The position numbers and the translations under genes are program-made. The notes under the pieces are model-generated. The model saw only the letters and a list, made by a program, of their open reading frames with translations. It did no database searches and had not been told where the DNA came from. Positions 9,002-19,437 of a stretch of DNA of 64,000 nt are shown here, piece by piece. The DNA is from Nitrosopumilaceae archaeon. Lineage in GTDB: Archaea; Thermoproteota; Nitrososphaeria; Nitrososphaerales; Nitrosopumilaceae. The stretch lies in the NCBI GenBank assembly GCA_965208905.1, contig OZ242365.1:1536001-1600000 (forward strand), written 5' to 3'. The first letter of the stretch is position 1; every line of letters begins with the position of its first letter.

Positions 9002-11677
9002 ATGTATGTGACTAAAGGGCCTAGCCTACCCGAACCAAGAGTAGTAAAATTCTCAACACTCATGTATGATATTTCAGAGGGAAAGATCAAAATACCACAG
9101 TTTCAGCGCTATTTTGTATGGAGTATGAAAGAATCGGCAAGGCTACTAGATAGCATATTGAAGGGTTATCCTATTGGCACGTTCATTATGTGGAATACAG
9201 ATGAACGTTTACACGCGGTTAGAGATATTGGAAGCATTAAACTCCCTGAACCAAACGAAAACGAGTATGTGAATTTTGTACTAGATGGCCAGCAAAGGAT
9301 AACGAGTATATTTGCGGCATTAAATGGGGAGACAATCGAACTAAAAGATGGTAAGAAGGAGGAATTTTCAGATATTGTGGTAGATCTTGACGCTAAGTTA
9401 GATGAGGATATAATCACTACCAAACAAGATGCCGACAAATCACATACCACCATACAGTTAACGACTCTGCTGTATGGGGGATTGTTCGAACTATCCAAAT
9501 TCGACCAGAAATACCACGAAAAGTTGGACGATTACAAGGAAAAAATAAACGCCTACAATTATTCCGTGATACAGGTGAGTCACGCAACCATAGATGTTGC
9601 AGCCGAGATATTTGAAAGGACAAATGTTGGAGGGAAACGTCTAGATACCTTTCAGATAATGGTGGCCAAAACATATGACCATGCAAGTGGGTTCGACTTG
9701 GCAGAGAAGTCTGATGAATTAGTGGAAAAGTTAAGGGCCGTAAAATACGATACACTGCCCAAGCACACAGCGCTACACCTTATCTCACTAATTCTTAAAG
9801 GTGAGGTTAAGAGGAAGGCTATGCTTTCCCTACAGAAAGACGATGTTAAAGGTAAATGGGAATATGCAGTTAATGCCATACAGGAGGCAGTAGACTACCT
9901 TAGGAGTTACTACCGCATACCAGTATCTAGACTACTCCCATATGATTCACTTGTCGTCCTAATAGCATACTTCTTCTACAAAAATCATGGTAAACCGCCT
10001 AACGTAAACCAAGCAAAATACCTAGACGACCTCTTCTGGAGAGTGTCATTAACTGGACGATATGCTGGTTCATCAGATACTAAGATAGCCCAGGATGCAA
10101 AACACGTCAATAAGATAATAGATGGTCAACGACCAGAATACGACTGGCCCATAAATATTTCTGTCAAGCGTAGCGGGGAGTTTAAAGTTGGAGGGGCTTT
10201 TAGTAAAGCCATTATCTGTATTTACGCGTATTATGAACCTAAATCCTTCAAAAATGACGCTAAGGTAAGTATAGACAACAACTGGCTTAAGCGTACAAGT
10301 AGCATGAACTATCATCATTTCTTCCCTAAAAGTTACTTGAAGGTTAAAGGTGTAGCGGACCAAGAGATTAACAACGTGCTTAACATCACCCTTGTAGATG
10401 ATTACTTAAACAAGCAGGAGATACGCGGCCGAGCACCGTCTGACTACATGAAGGAGTTTAGTAAGAAAAATAAAAGGCTTTCACAAACTATGAAGACCCA
10501 CCTCATAAACGACCTAGATGAATTTGGAGTGTGGAGTGATGATTACCAAACTTTCCTGAATAAACGCGCATTAGCTGTTGATGACGCCATTAAGAAGAGA
10601 ATAATTTTAAAAGAAGGGGAGTCAGTTATGTCAAATACAACTGAATTAGAGCAGAATACTAGTGATAAACCACTACATACTATCAAATATGTCAGAGGTA
10701 TGAAATGTCCTATTAGTATAATATGCTCAGGTAGGCAGGCGCCTATACAATCATGGGTGGATGTGCTCTATGAGGTGGCAGCATATCTAGTGAAGAATCG
10801 GCATCTTAACAACTCACATTGTCCAATACCGATAGGGAAGGAGAACATGCTACTACACACAAAATCAACCCATCAGAATGGTAAACCATTCTCCACGTAT
10901 AGGAGAGTTGGGGAGTTATATCTTAACACCAATCTCAGTCCTACTAATGCCCTAAAGCATGCTATAAAACTGATAAAGTTAGCCAAGAGGGACCAAAACT
11001 ATTTCAAACTAATCTTCAGCAACCCGAATATTAATAACAGCGCATCGTCGGTTTGGCCTGTGTGGGCGCGCGAGTCGTTCAAGCTAGAGGACTCGGAGGT
11101 TGCATACACATGTGACACGGATCCGTCCCTTACCCTGCCTATGACCGAAATGCCCAACCAGGAGTTCAAGTCCAGTTTCAAACATGACTATAAGGCAGAA
11201 TATTTTAGACAAAATAAAAAAGCTCTAGGCGCACATATAGAAAAACTCGTCAAGTCCACTGACGGCAAGGGTTTGCAGTATGAGGTTGCCAAGAGCATAG
11301 TTGGCATGGCAAACTCAGAACATGATGCCGGACGTATATGGGTCGGTGTCGGAGACCCAGAATCTGGCGGGAAACCAAAACTACTGGGGCTATCCAAAGA
11401 CTTCAAAAAGAATTACAACAAAGAAGAAATCAGGCGCAGGATACAAAATTGGCTTAGTAACTGCATCAGAGATTACCCCTTGGTTGACTCAGATATTGAC
11501 ATACGGTTCCCAAAAATGCAAGGCGTTGAGGTGTGTCTGATAACGGTGCGTAAGCGTAACAGTGCATCACATACCATAAATGGTAAATTTTGGCTTCGTG
11601 ACATGAATGCTCCCCGTACAACTGAACCTAACAGTTCTGTCCTTCTTGCTTACACAAAAAAGCGCTTCCAAAATTGA
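9002..11677 (+). CDS. GmrSD-type (DUF262 + HNH) nuclease with extra C-terminal domains ending in Schlafen/AlbA_2
   Basis: IPQFQR.FVW, LDGQQR and FERTN.GG (DUF262). HHFFPK..N..NITLV..LN (HNH). C-terminal E-x4-EFKSS..IVGMANS..G.IWVGVGD (AlbA_2). Confidence 0.85.
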   Translation: MYVTKGPSLPEPRVVKFSTLMYDISEGKIKIPQFQRYFVWSMKESARLLDSILKGYPIGTFIMWNTDERLHAVRDIGSIKLPEPNENEYVNFVLDGQQRITSIFAALNGETIELKDGKKEEFSDIVVDLDAKLDEDIITTKQDADKSHTTIQLTTLLYGGLFELSKFDQKYHEKLDDYKEKINAYNYSVIQVSHATIDVAAEIFERTNVGGKRLDTFQIMVAKTYDHASGFDLAEKSDELVEKLRAVKYDTLPKHTALHLISLILKGEVKRKAMLSLQKDDVKGKWEYAVNAIQEAVDYLRSYYRIPVSRLLPYDSLVVLIAYFFYKNHGKPPNVNQAKYLDDLFWRVSLTGRYAGSSDTKIAQDAKHVNKIIDGQRPEYDWPINISVKRSGEFKVGGAFSKAIICIYAYYEPKSFKNDAKVSIDNNWLKRTSSMNYHHFFPKSYLKVKGVADQEINNVLNITLVDDYLNKQEIRGRAPSDYMKEFSKKNKRLSQTMKTHLINDLDEFGVWSDDYQTFLNKRALAVDDAIKKRIILKEGESVMSNTTELEQNTSDKPLHTIKYVRGMKCPISIICSGRQAPIQSWVDVLYEVAAYLVKNRHLNNSHCPIPIGKENMLLHTKSTHQNGKPFSTYRRVGELYLNTNLSPTNALKHAIKLIKLAKRDQNYFKLIFSNPNINNSASSVWPVWARESFKLEDSEVAYTCDTDPSLTLPMTEMPNQEFKSSFKHDYKAEYFRQNKKALGAHIEKLVKSTDGKGLQYEVAKSIVGMANSEHDAGRIWVGVGDPESGGKPKLLGLSKDFKKNYNKEEIRRRIQNWLSNCIRDYPLVDSDIDIRFPKMQGVEVCLITVRKRNSASHTINGKFWLRDMNAPRTTEPNSSVLLAYTKKRFQN

Positions 11678-12303
11678 TCTAGTTGGCTTGATGATTGCCA
11701 TGCATAACTAGAATGGTTACAGACTAATTGAATTAGATTAAATTGTTTCATGTATAGCGGCACACAAAAGTTCCTGCACAATTGAAAATCGCCCATACAT
11801 GCACACAGTTCAGGTTGGCAGGACTATGTGCGCCTGATTTTGATAAAACATCATACAATTGTGGTCAATACTGCACCTTTTATACGCCACTGCCACATTT
11901 TCATATGGTCACATGTCTGGTATTTCACGGCTGTACAGGATGTGCGGTAACAGTTGTGATTTTGTATATTCTATCGTTTTTTTTGGAGTGGTCTTCTCTT
12001 TTTAGAATCGATTTTTGCAATATTTTATTCGCACTTTTTACCTCCCATATATATGACATTCCCGTGGGAGGGTGTCAAAAACGAGTCCTATACGGTATAG
12101 TTAAAAGAGGTCTGGACTGGAAATTGTAGTTTTTGTGCAACAGGAGTGTGGAGTAGAAATAAGGTCTGTTTTTAACTGAGTGGAAAAATGATCATCTGAC
12201 CCCTATTCTCACTCAATATTTGTCGTTCAAAGCGATTCATATGTGTTGCTTGGGGGTTAACCTAATATCAATGACTTCATATTAGTTGCAGTTACGTCAT
12301 TTG

Positions 12304-13194
12304 TTAACTAGAACCAAGTTCTACATCACTACCTTCAGTATAGACTATACTCTCAAAATATACTGCACCTTTTTCCAATTTTTTTGTTGAATGAATTAAT
12401 GGTTTGTCCATTGACATATTCAAACCATGTATTTTAAAAAATAATTCTGGGGTAATTAATGCTGAATCAATGTTCTCATCTCTGCATCGAGTACATTTTA
12501 CCATTAATTTATGCTCTAAGTCAACTCTTGAAGCATCTAAACCACATTTTTTTAAAAAAATTTCCTTTGGGTAAGATATACTCGTAGGACGACATAATGG
12601 ATCTTTTGGACGGTGAACCAACGATATATCCTTAATTTGTAGACCTTCACGAATCACCGAACATCGTTCATCATCATAGATCTGATTCTCAATATGCGTA
12701 CATTTTTCATTAAGTATATCCAAACCACAAATCGAACACACCATCTTTTTGTAGGTTACGCCTACACTACAACCCATTGAGCCAAGTCCATCAGATTTCA
12801 ATTGAATGGGGCAGCTTACTGCAACATGATGTTCTGTCTCAAACCAGACACATCCATATTGTTTTATAATCAGTTGTACCAACTCATTCATGATGTCAAT
12901 ATAGTGATTGGTGTTTTCCCTACTGATCTTTGAGCATTCGTTCAGATATCTAATTGCAAGAAACATCCTCCCCTTAAACTCATCTAATGATTCACGGTCA
13001 GGCAAATATGGCCTATTGTAAAAATATTCAGCTTTTACCAACAGGTAAGATTCTCTCAAATCTGGTGAACAGTTTTGTTTTTTTGCCAAAGTTCTAATGA
13101 CACGTTTGTACAACCGGCCTGCCTCATCCCATTTTCCTGATTTTATTGCTTTTCTTGCGCTTAGAATTAGATCATCAGGCGTCATCTTGATCAC
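12304..13194 (-). CDS. Hypothetical protein: helical N-terminus + Zn-binding prohead-protease-like domain
   Basis: CSVG..CSICG..CTH..Y..C..DISLV..P.DP.CR motif. Overlaps the upstream gene by 20 bp. Confidence 0.7.
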   Translation of the reverse strand: MIKMTPDDLILSARKAIKSGKWDEAGRLYKRVIRTLAKKQNCSPDLRESYLLVKAEYFYNRPYLPDRESLDEFKGRMFLAIRYLNECSKISRENTNHYIDIMNELVQLIIKQYGCVWFETEHHVAVSCPIQLKSDGLGSMGCSVGVTYKKMVCSICGLDILNEKCTHIENQIYDDERCSVIREGLQIKDISLVHRPKDPLCRPTSISYPKEIFLKKCGLDASRVDLEHKLMVKCTRCRDENIDSALITPELFFKIHGLNMSMDKPLIHSTKKLEKGAVYFESIVYTEGSDVELGSS

Positions 13195-13633
13195 ACAACC
13201 CTCTTAGAATCCTTAAAACATCTTCTGCTTCTTCGGCCTTTATACTTATCATCTTGGATTTTTCAGTACGAAAAATATCGACGCTGATCTTGGGCATTTT
13301 CTGGTGATCCGTAGCGTGTGCCATGTAAGACTGTATCTTGTGGGTGATCCAACCACTAAGACACCCGACTAACACAGGTAGTGCAATCTCGCTAACTAAA
13401 TATGCTGCAAATATGTATTCTTCGCCTCGGTAATCAAAATAGGTTGGTTCGTTAGAATTTACAATAATTAATTTGTTATCCTGTCTAATTTGCTTTATTA
13501 TGTCAACATCGTTGACACTTATCATGTCGTCTTTGGTAATAACTGTGAAACTATTTTTACGGTATTTTTCTTTAAATTCAAGATTTTGCTGTGCAAAGAC
13601 TTCTTCGAGCGTGGAATTTTTCCATTCTATCAT
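13175..13633 (-). CDS. Hypothetical protein with one central hydrophobic helix
   Basis: 152-aa ORF with YIFAAYLVSEIALPVLVGCLSGWI. Operonic with 12304..13194. Confidence 0.7.
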   Translation of the reverse strand: MIEWKNSTLEEVFAQQNLEFKEKYRKNSFTVITKDDMISVNDVDIIKQIRQDNKLIIVNSNEPTYFDYRGEEYIFAAYLVSEIALPVLVGCLSGWITHKIQSYMAHATDHQKMPKISVDIFRTEKSKMISIKAEEAEDVLRILRGLCDQDDA

Positions 13634-13690
13634 TAGTGACAGACATAACCCCGAACGTTAATATATCTAACGTGTAAGTGTCTCCAAGTA

Positions 13691-14800
13691 TATAGTGAGG
13701 TGCATAAATAACCCGACACTAATTTTACGCCGGTAGAATTTTGTCCAAATTTCTGAACAGAATGTTGCGCGGCTTAAACTTTATTTCCAGTGAATCGTAT
13801 ATCGGCATGATTTTTCTTCGGAAATATCTTTTGGCCGGCCGCCTGAAAGTTCGCCATATCCTTGCCGTTGAGCCATAACCATTCGGCCGGATTTAAAAAC
13901 GGCGAGTACGGAGGCAAGAATATCAGTTTGACGAAATTATTATTCTTTTTCAAGTATCGCTTTACGCGGTTAGAGTTGTGATATGCGGCATTATCCAATA
14001 TTACGGCAACCTTGCCGAACCGTTTTTTCGTCTTGTTCAAATACCGGATAAAGGACCTGTCGTTGGCCTTGCTAGCGGCCATATAGCATGTCTGCCCGTC
14101 CAGCGTGATGCCGCCGTATATGGTCTGGCGCTGGTTGCCGAGTGGCGTTTGTACCGGTATGGCATCACCGCGTGTATAGACTGCGCCGCTGCCAAACATG
14201 CTCAAATTTTGGTGGCTTTCATCCGATATTATAGGCGTGAATCCATCTTTTTTTCAGTATTTTTATCTCATTTGTAGTATCTTTCTGCCAGATTTCGAGA
14301 TCTTTCCTTGGTGGAATTCGGTCGGATATCCGGGGAGTCTTCCGTATAGTAAAGCCAAGAGACCTAAGGATGCGGCGCGCTTGCGATTCGCTGTATTTTA
14401 TGCCGGTCTTTTTCTCAGCCAGTTTAACAAATCCGTAGGCGGTGAATTGCTTGGCACCGTTAATTATATTCTCTAATGTGTGGCGCGGTACGAAAGATGG
14501 ACGGCCAGGCCTCGCACCATCGGCGAGGCCATCCAGGCCTTTATGGTCGTAGACATTAAGCCAATCACATATGGTGCTACGATCGACACCAAGCACATCC
14601 GCTGCCGCAGAGATTGTATATCCTTTAATGCGCACCATATTTACGGCTACGATACGGGCGTATTGCGTTGTACTCTTAGTCTGTTTTAGAGCAGCCTTTA
14701 TTTTTTGGGCATCAGTTTGGTTACTCATATAATTAGTTAGTGATTTTGATCATTTATGTATTTCTAATAGAGTGTAGGATTATTTATGCTCCCAACTATA
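13691..14800 (-). mobile_element. IS630-family element (two-ORF transposase, ORF-B frameshifted)
   Basis: 30-bp imperfect TIRs starting TATAGT (13691-13720 / 14771-14800). HTH ORF 14219..14728 and DDE ORF 13774..14205 (LDNAAYH, LPPYSPFLNPAE). A 5-bp deletion near 13860 relative to the copy at 18 kb. Confidence 0.92.
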
Positions 14801-14904
14801 TCTAATCAAAAATGTAAACGTCAAAGTATATCCTTAACTACAGTAATCTGAATTTTTCTCAGTCAATATACACTATTTGAGTATTGACCGTTAATGTAAC
14901 AAAA

Positions 14905-16449
14905 TTACATAAAGAATCTGTAGTGATCCTGTAATACTTTATCTTTTTCCAATTCAGATAAAATCTTACCTACTTCTTCAGCAAATCTAATTGTAATTGG
15001 AAGAGCGGTTGAAAATGCAGTGGTGTTCCAATTTAGTTTTGTTAACCCAAGAATCTCTCTTGCGACGTCTTCATTCTGAGAGTTCCCTATATGTAATATG
15101 CGTAATGCGTTAGGAATCTTATGGCCTGCATACGAACGTATTCTTGGTGAAAACCCAGATGAATAAAGCAAAAATTCATTATTTGTTATTTCTACCAATG
15201 TTCCACGAAGAACAGGATAATTACCTAACCGAATAAAGTTAATCCATCCATGACTTGGACTTATTGTAACAAAGTCTTTTTCAGGAATCTTCTGTCCGTA
15301 TATTGCCTTGTTAAACCCAGTTTGTTCGTCTTCAGAAAATATAGATGACTTGTGTACTACAACTCGAGTTGGATTTCGTCCAGATGAAGTATGGTACTTT
15401 TTCAGAGCACATTCCATGAGAGTTTGTGCTTGGTTTTTTTTCATGTATGGTTGTTTTGTTTTTTCATCAATATCAACTTCGGTTCCTCGAAGCACGAGTC
15501 CCTCTCCATTATGTGTAAAGACTTGTGCCATTGAGATCTGTATATCGCGATTTGGACTTAGTTTGTCTCTAAAGAATGAAATTCCTATATAGCATGTATC
15601 TTGTCGTAGTTTTGCAAGTCTCCAAGGTTTTCCATTTGCTTTGTAGTATAATGCAGTACTGAAGTTCCAGCTAAACGTAGCAGGATCTTCTTTTGTGTTA
15701 TTTTTGAAGTTTTCATACTTTAGAACATGTTTTAATGTACTTTCTCTGATCAACTGGATTGGAATTCCATACTTCATTGCTTTGCCTTTAAGTGAGTTTC
15801 TAAAATCAAATCCCTTCTCTTTTATCTCTACATCGTTGACAGGAGCAAATCCCCATTGTGTTAGAAAGCTTTGGTGGTTTGCTTTTAGGTCTGCAGTTTT
15901 TAGCTCTAATGGTGAAGGCTTAGCAGTCTTTGCACCATATGTGTGCTCTCCAATTCCACAGTACAATTCTGCAGGTTTTGGAAGTGTACAGACAATTACG
16001 TTTGGTAGGTCATCACCTTCAGCAATTTTTTCTATTTTTTCGAGATATAGATTTACTGCATAACCAATCCTTTCATTAGGATTCTCAATATTTTCTATTT
16101 TGTGGAGTTCCAAATCATCCGACAACGACGCATTCCAATTTTTTGAGGTTTTTATAGTACACTTAAATTTACTTTTATTGTTCATTCCGGGATAATCAGC
16201 AAAAAGCCATCTGTTTAACTTGTAACTAGGAACAGGTTGTTCTATGAACCTTAAAATATCTTTAACAAGACGTGTACATTCTTTGTTTCCAATTATACCA
16301 ACTCTAACACTTTCCAACGGTGAGGATTCTTCCTGATGAAAAAATGGACCAAATTGTCCGAGGCCAATTCTAGGATCCTTGTCTTCGTTCTGGTTTCCAA
16401 AGATCAGGTCAGGTTCTGGAATATATTTTGCAACAAACTTAGGAACCAA
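14905..16449 (-). CDS. ago: Short prokaryotic Argonaute (MID-PIWI), catalytically inactive
   Basis: 514 aa with no N/PAZ. Motifs EPDLIFG..DPRIGL..FGP, KGKAM..IPIQ, ALYYKANGKPW, CYIGISFF, RVVVHKSS, YPVLRGT, ILGLTKLNWN and PITIRFA. DEDX positions are substituted (GIS for GID, HKS for HRD). Confidence 0.95.
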   Translation of the reverse strand: MVPKFVAKYIPEPDLIFGNQNEDKDPRIGLGQFGPFFHQEESSPLESVRVGIIGNKECTRLVKDILRFIEQPVPSYKLNRWLFADYPGMNNKSKFKCTIKTSKNWNASLSDDLELHKIENIENPNERIGYAVNLYLEKIEKIAEGDDLPNVIVCTLPKPAELYCGIGEHTYGAKTAKPSPLELKTADLKANHQSFLTQWGFAPVNDVEIKEKGFDFRNSLKGKAMKYGIPIQLIRESTLKHVLKYENFKNNTKEDPATFSWNFSTALYYKANGKPWRLAKLRQDTCYIGISFFRDKLSPNRDIQISMAQVFTHNGEGLVLRGTEVDIDEKTKQPYMKKNQAQTLMECALKKYHTSSGRNPTRVVVHKSSIFSEDEQTGFNKAIYGQKIPEKDFVTISPSHGWINFIRLGNYPVLRGTLVEITNNEFLLYSSGFSPRIRSYAGHKIPNALRILHIGNSQNEDVAREILGLTKLNWNTTAFSTALPITIRFAEEVGKILSELEKDKVLQDHYRFFM

Positions 16450-17932
16450 AAATTTCCTCCTCTAACTCTCCCTCATCATCCATTTCTGCATCAAATTCTT
16501 CAATATACTGATTAAAGTCTGCTGGAGGAATATCCCAAGTTATTCCAACTTCCATGCTTGTTTGTACTGATTTGTTTGATATTACAAAGTCTTTGATTAC
16601 CAATACATTGTTTCCATCGCCAAGCTTGTTAATCCAAAATAGAATGTTATTAAGCTGTTGTTTATTGTAAACTCTGTATGTTTGTGCTGTTATGATTGTT
16701 CCTGTTTTCATTCCAATCATAGGTGTACTTCCATCATTTGTGATCATCATGGTGGGATTCAACATAAGATAAAATTTTTCATCAATCATTATGACTCTGG
16801 CCCTGATTGATCCATGTGAATATACAAATCGTTTTAATTTGTCAGACCACATTTTTTTAGCAACTTGTTTTTTCTGAACCCCCCTGTATCTAGTAGCCCA
16901 TTCTTCTTTGCGCTCGTTTTCATAACTTGGCATTGTATAGTAGAATTTTTTGGTTTTATTATCGTAACATAATCCTTGTCGTTCTGCTTTAGCAGTAAAT
17001 TCCTTATTTAGTAAAGAAATGATTATCTTTTTCTTGTCAGGATCTTCTAACCAATTGACAACAGATTCTTGAAGTATTTTATCACGTTGAACAATCTCAC
17101 TATGAACGTCCATTGGATTGGTCAGATTTGCAAAGGTTACTATTTTATCTTCATACTGTCTATATTTTAATTGAAAATATTTTTGTTCAGGATGTACAAG
17201 CCGTAGTGTTTTAATTAGTTCTGCAAATGATTTATGTTTTGCAATACCGATGTAAACTTTTGCTGGAATGTTTTTTACTTCAAATAAATTGCTGTAAAGA
17301 ACCTCATGAATTTCTTCAGGTTCACCACTAAGAATCGACAATCGGTATTCTTCTTTTGTAAGACGTTTTTTGATTAACTTTATTTCATAATTAGAAGCGG
17401 GTACACTTTGTGTTCCTCGTCTTGTATATATGGTATTTTTTAGAACAACAGTCTTTTCATGCCCTTTTATGTAATATTTTATATCGTTTTTTGGGATCAT
17501 TATTTTAGGTGAAGGTAGAAAATAAATCAGGGCAAATTTTCTTTGTGTCTTGTTTATTATACGAAAAAATTCTGTGTATTGAATAGTGATTGGTTCATCT
17601 AAATATGAATTAATTTTTTCTTGCAATGATGCATCCTCTAACTCAAAATCATCAGCTAAACCAACTTTAACAAACTTCCCCTTAATTTTAGGATTGAAAT
17701 AATCATTTTGTTTTACACCAAGAACTAACCACCCTCCACCATAATTTGAAAATGCATAAACATCCTTGATTATCTTTAGAAAATCATGAGAGTTTTTTGT
17801 TAAATCAATAGTCATCTTAAAATCATGAAAAGTAGTTTCCTTTGTCTGAGATAAGAGATAATCACAAACATACTCACCTGTTGGATCTGATACTTCATTG
17901 TTGATTAACACATTGCCTCTAAAATCAGACAT
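16439..17932 (-). CDS. Schlafen/AlbA_2-APAZ fusion, partner of the short pAgo
   Basis: N-terminal ~190 aa read KETTFHDFK..IKDVYAFSNYGGGWLVLGV..IYTRRGTQSVPA (AlbA_2). The C-terminal ~300 aa read EVLYSNLFEV..P, YLMLNPTMMITNDG, YN..ILFW (APAZ-like). 11-bp overlap with ago. Confidence 0.88.
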   Translation of the reverse strand: MSDFRGNVLINNEVSDPTGEYVCDYLLSQTKETTFHDFKMTIDLTKNSHDFLKIIKDVYAFSNYGGGWLVLGVKQNDYFNPKIKGKFVKVGLADDFELEDASLQEKINSYLDEPITIQYTEFFRIINKTQRKFALIYFLPSPKIMIPKNDIKYYIKGHEKTVVLKNTIYTRRGTQSVPASNYEIKLIKKRLTKEEYRLSILSGEPEEIHEVLYSNLFEVKNIPAKVYIGIAKHKSFAELIKTLRLVHPEQKYFQLKYRQYEDKIVTFANLTNPMDVHSEIVQRDKILQESVVNWLEDPDKKKIIISLLNKEFTAKAERQGLCYDNKTKKFYYTMPSYENERKEEWATRYRGVQKKQVAKKMWSDKLKRFVYSHGSIRARVIMIDEKFYLMLNPTMMITNDGSTPMIGMKTGTIITAQTYRVYNKQQLNNILFWINKLGDGNNVLVIKDFVISNKSVQTSMEVGITWDIPPADFNQYIEEFDAEMDDEGELEEEIFGS

Positions 17933-17954
17933 GATCCTTTAGTATATTTCTACC

Positions 17955-17964
17955 TTTATATAAA
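17955..17964 (-). promoter_or_regulatory. Archaeal TATA box of the AlbA_2-APAZ/ago operon
   Basis: TTTATATAAA lies 23-32 bp upstream of the ATG at 17932, the spacing expected for a leaderless transcript. Confidence 0.6.
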
Positions 17965-17970
17965 TAACTC

Positions 17971-18588
17971 AAGATCTCGAAATCTGGCAGAAAGATGCTA
18001 AAAATGAGATAGAAACACTAGAAAAAGACGGATTCACGCCTATAATGTCGGACGAAAGCCACCAAAATTTGAGCATGTTTGGCAGCGGCGCAGTCTATAC
18101 ACGCGGTGATGCCATACCGGTACAAACGCCACTTTGCAACCAGCGCCAGACCATATACGGCTGCATCACGCTGGACGGGCAGACATGCTATATGGCCGCT
18201 AGCAAGGCCAACGACAGGTCCTTTATCAGGTATTTGAATAAGACAAAAAAACGGTTCGGTAAGGTTGCCGTAATACTGGATAATGCTGCATATCACAACT
18301 CTAGCCGCATAAAGCGATACTTGAAAAAGAATAGTGATTTTGTCAAACTGTTATTCTTGCCGCCGTACTCGCCGTTTTTGAATCCGGCCGAATGGCTGTG
18401 GCTCAACGGCAAGACAAGGATACGGCGAACTTTCAGGCAGCCGGCCAAAAGATATTTCCGAAGAAAAATCATGCCGATATACGATTCACTGGAAATAAAG
18501 TTTAAGCCGCGCAACATTCTGTTCAGAAATTTGGACAAAATTCTACCGACGTAAAACTGGTGTCGGGTTATTTATGCACCTGACTATA
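17971..18588 (+). mobile_element. 5'-truncated IS630 copy, inverted relative to 13691..14800
   Basis: Highly similar to the reverse complement of 13691-14303. Intact DDE ORF 18045..18554 and a right TIR ending CTATA at 18588. Confidence 0.92.
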
Positions 18589-18738
18589 ATTTGGGCCTAA
18601 TGCTTAATGGTTTATTTTGTGTAACATGTAATTTTGTTTTTATATGTCTGATGGCATACTGTTGCATATGGAAAACCATACGACGCGTATACTGCATCAA
18701 TGCATTGTGTTTTGGGACATCAAACGTGAGGGATTGAT

Positions 18739-19437
18739 TTGCAGACAAATGTAACGCATAAAAACAGAAAACCCCCATATCCGAACACTGTGTTGGGAGA
18801 AACACTTTGGTATATTGTCTGTAAAATATATGACAAAAACTTGGAGCCATATAAATATAAAAATGTGGTATTGGGACTAGTATTCCTTAAACACACGTTT
18901 GATGTATTCATGACGAACCCAAAAACGATAAAAACAATCCCCGGAAAATTCCAAAGTCATGAGAAACATACCATTAATCTCCTTTTGGTCCCAAATGATT
19001 ATCACTGGTTTAATATTACTCGGCAAGTACATCAGCCAAACACGGGACAAATAATGGATTATGCTATGTCGTTTTACTCTACACCAATACAAATTTGTAT
19101 CAAGATTTTATCTAAAAAGTGCAATAAAGGGGACGTACTGTTTAGTGATATGCGTATGATGAGTCACATGAAAGACAGGACATGCCACATTCTTAACGAT
19201 ATACCGCAAATAACCTATGATGCTTGGTGCAATCATTATTACAAAGATATATCTGGGTTTTGTAAAAGTGTCAACACGGTTGAAATAAACCTGCAATATT
19301 ATATGTTGGAGTCATGGCGTTATGTGGGAGAAATCAGTTCTAGCGATGTATCATCTGTTTGGTGGCAGGACAATTTATTTACAAAGTATAACAAACCACA
19401 GGACAAGACAGAGGGTTCGGGAGTCATACATAAATGA
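18739..19437 (+). pseudogene. hsdM: Degenerate type I R-M methyltransferase remnant
   Basis: N-terminal LW....YKNVVLGLVFLKH and C-terminal YKDISGFCKSV..EI..Y.L..RYVG motifs are joined, and the catalytic core (NPPF) is missing. Confidence 0.7.

Noticed and set aside
14905-16449. Active long Argonaute nuclease
   Set aside because: There is no N/PAZ region and the catalytic Asp positions are replaced.
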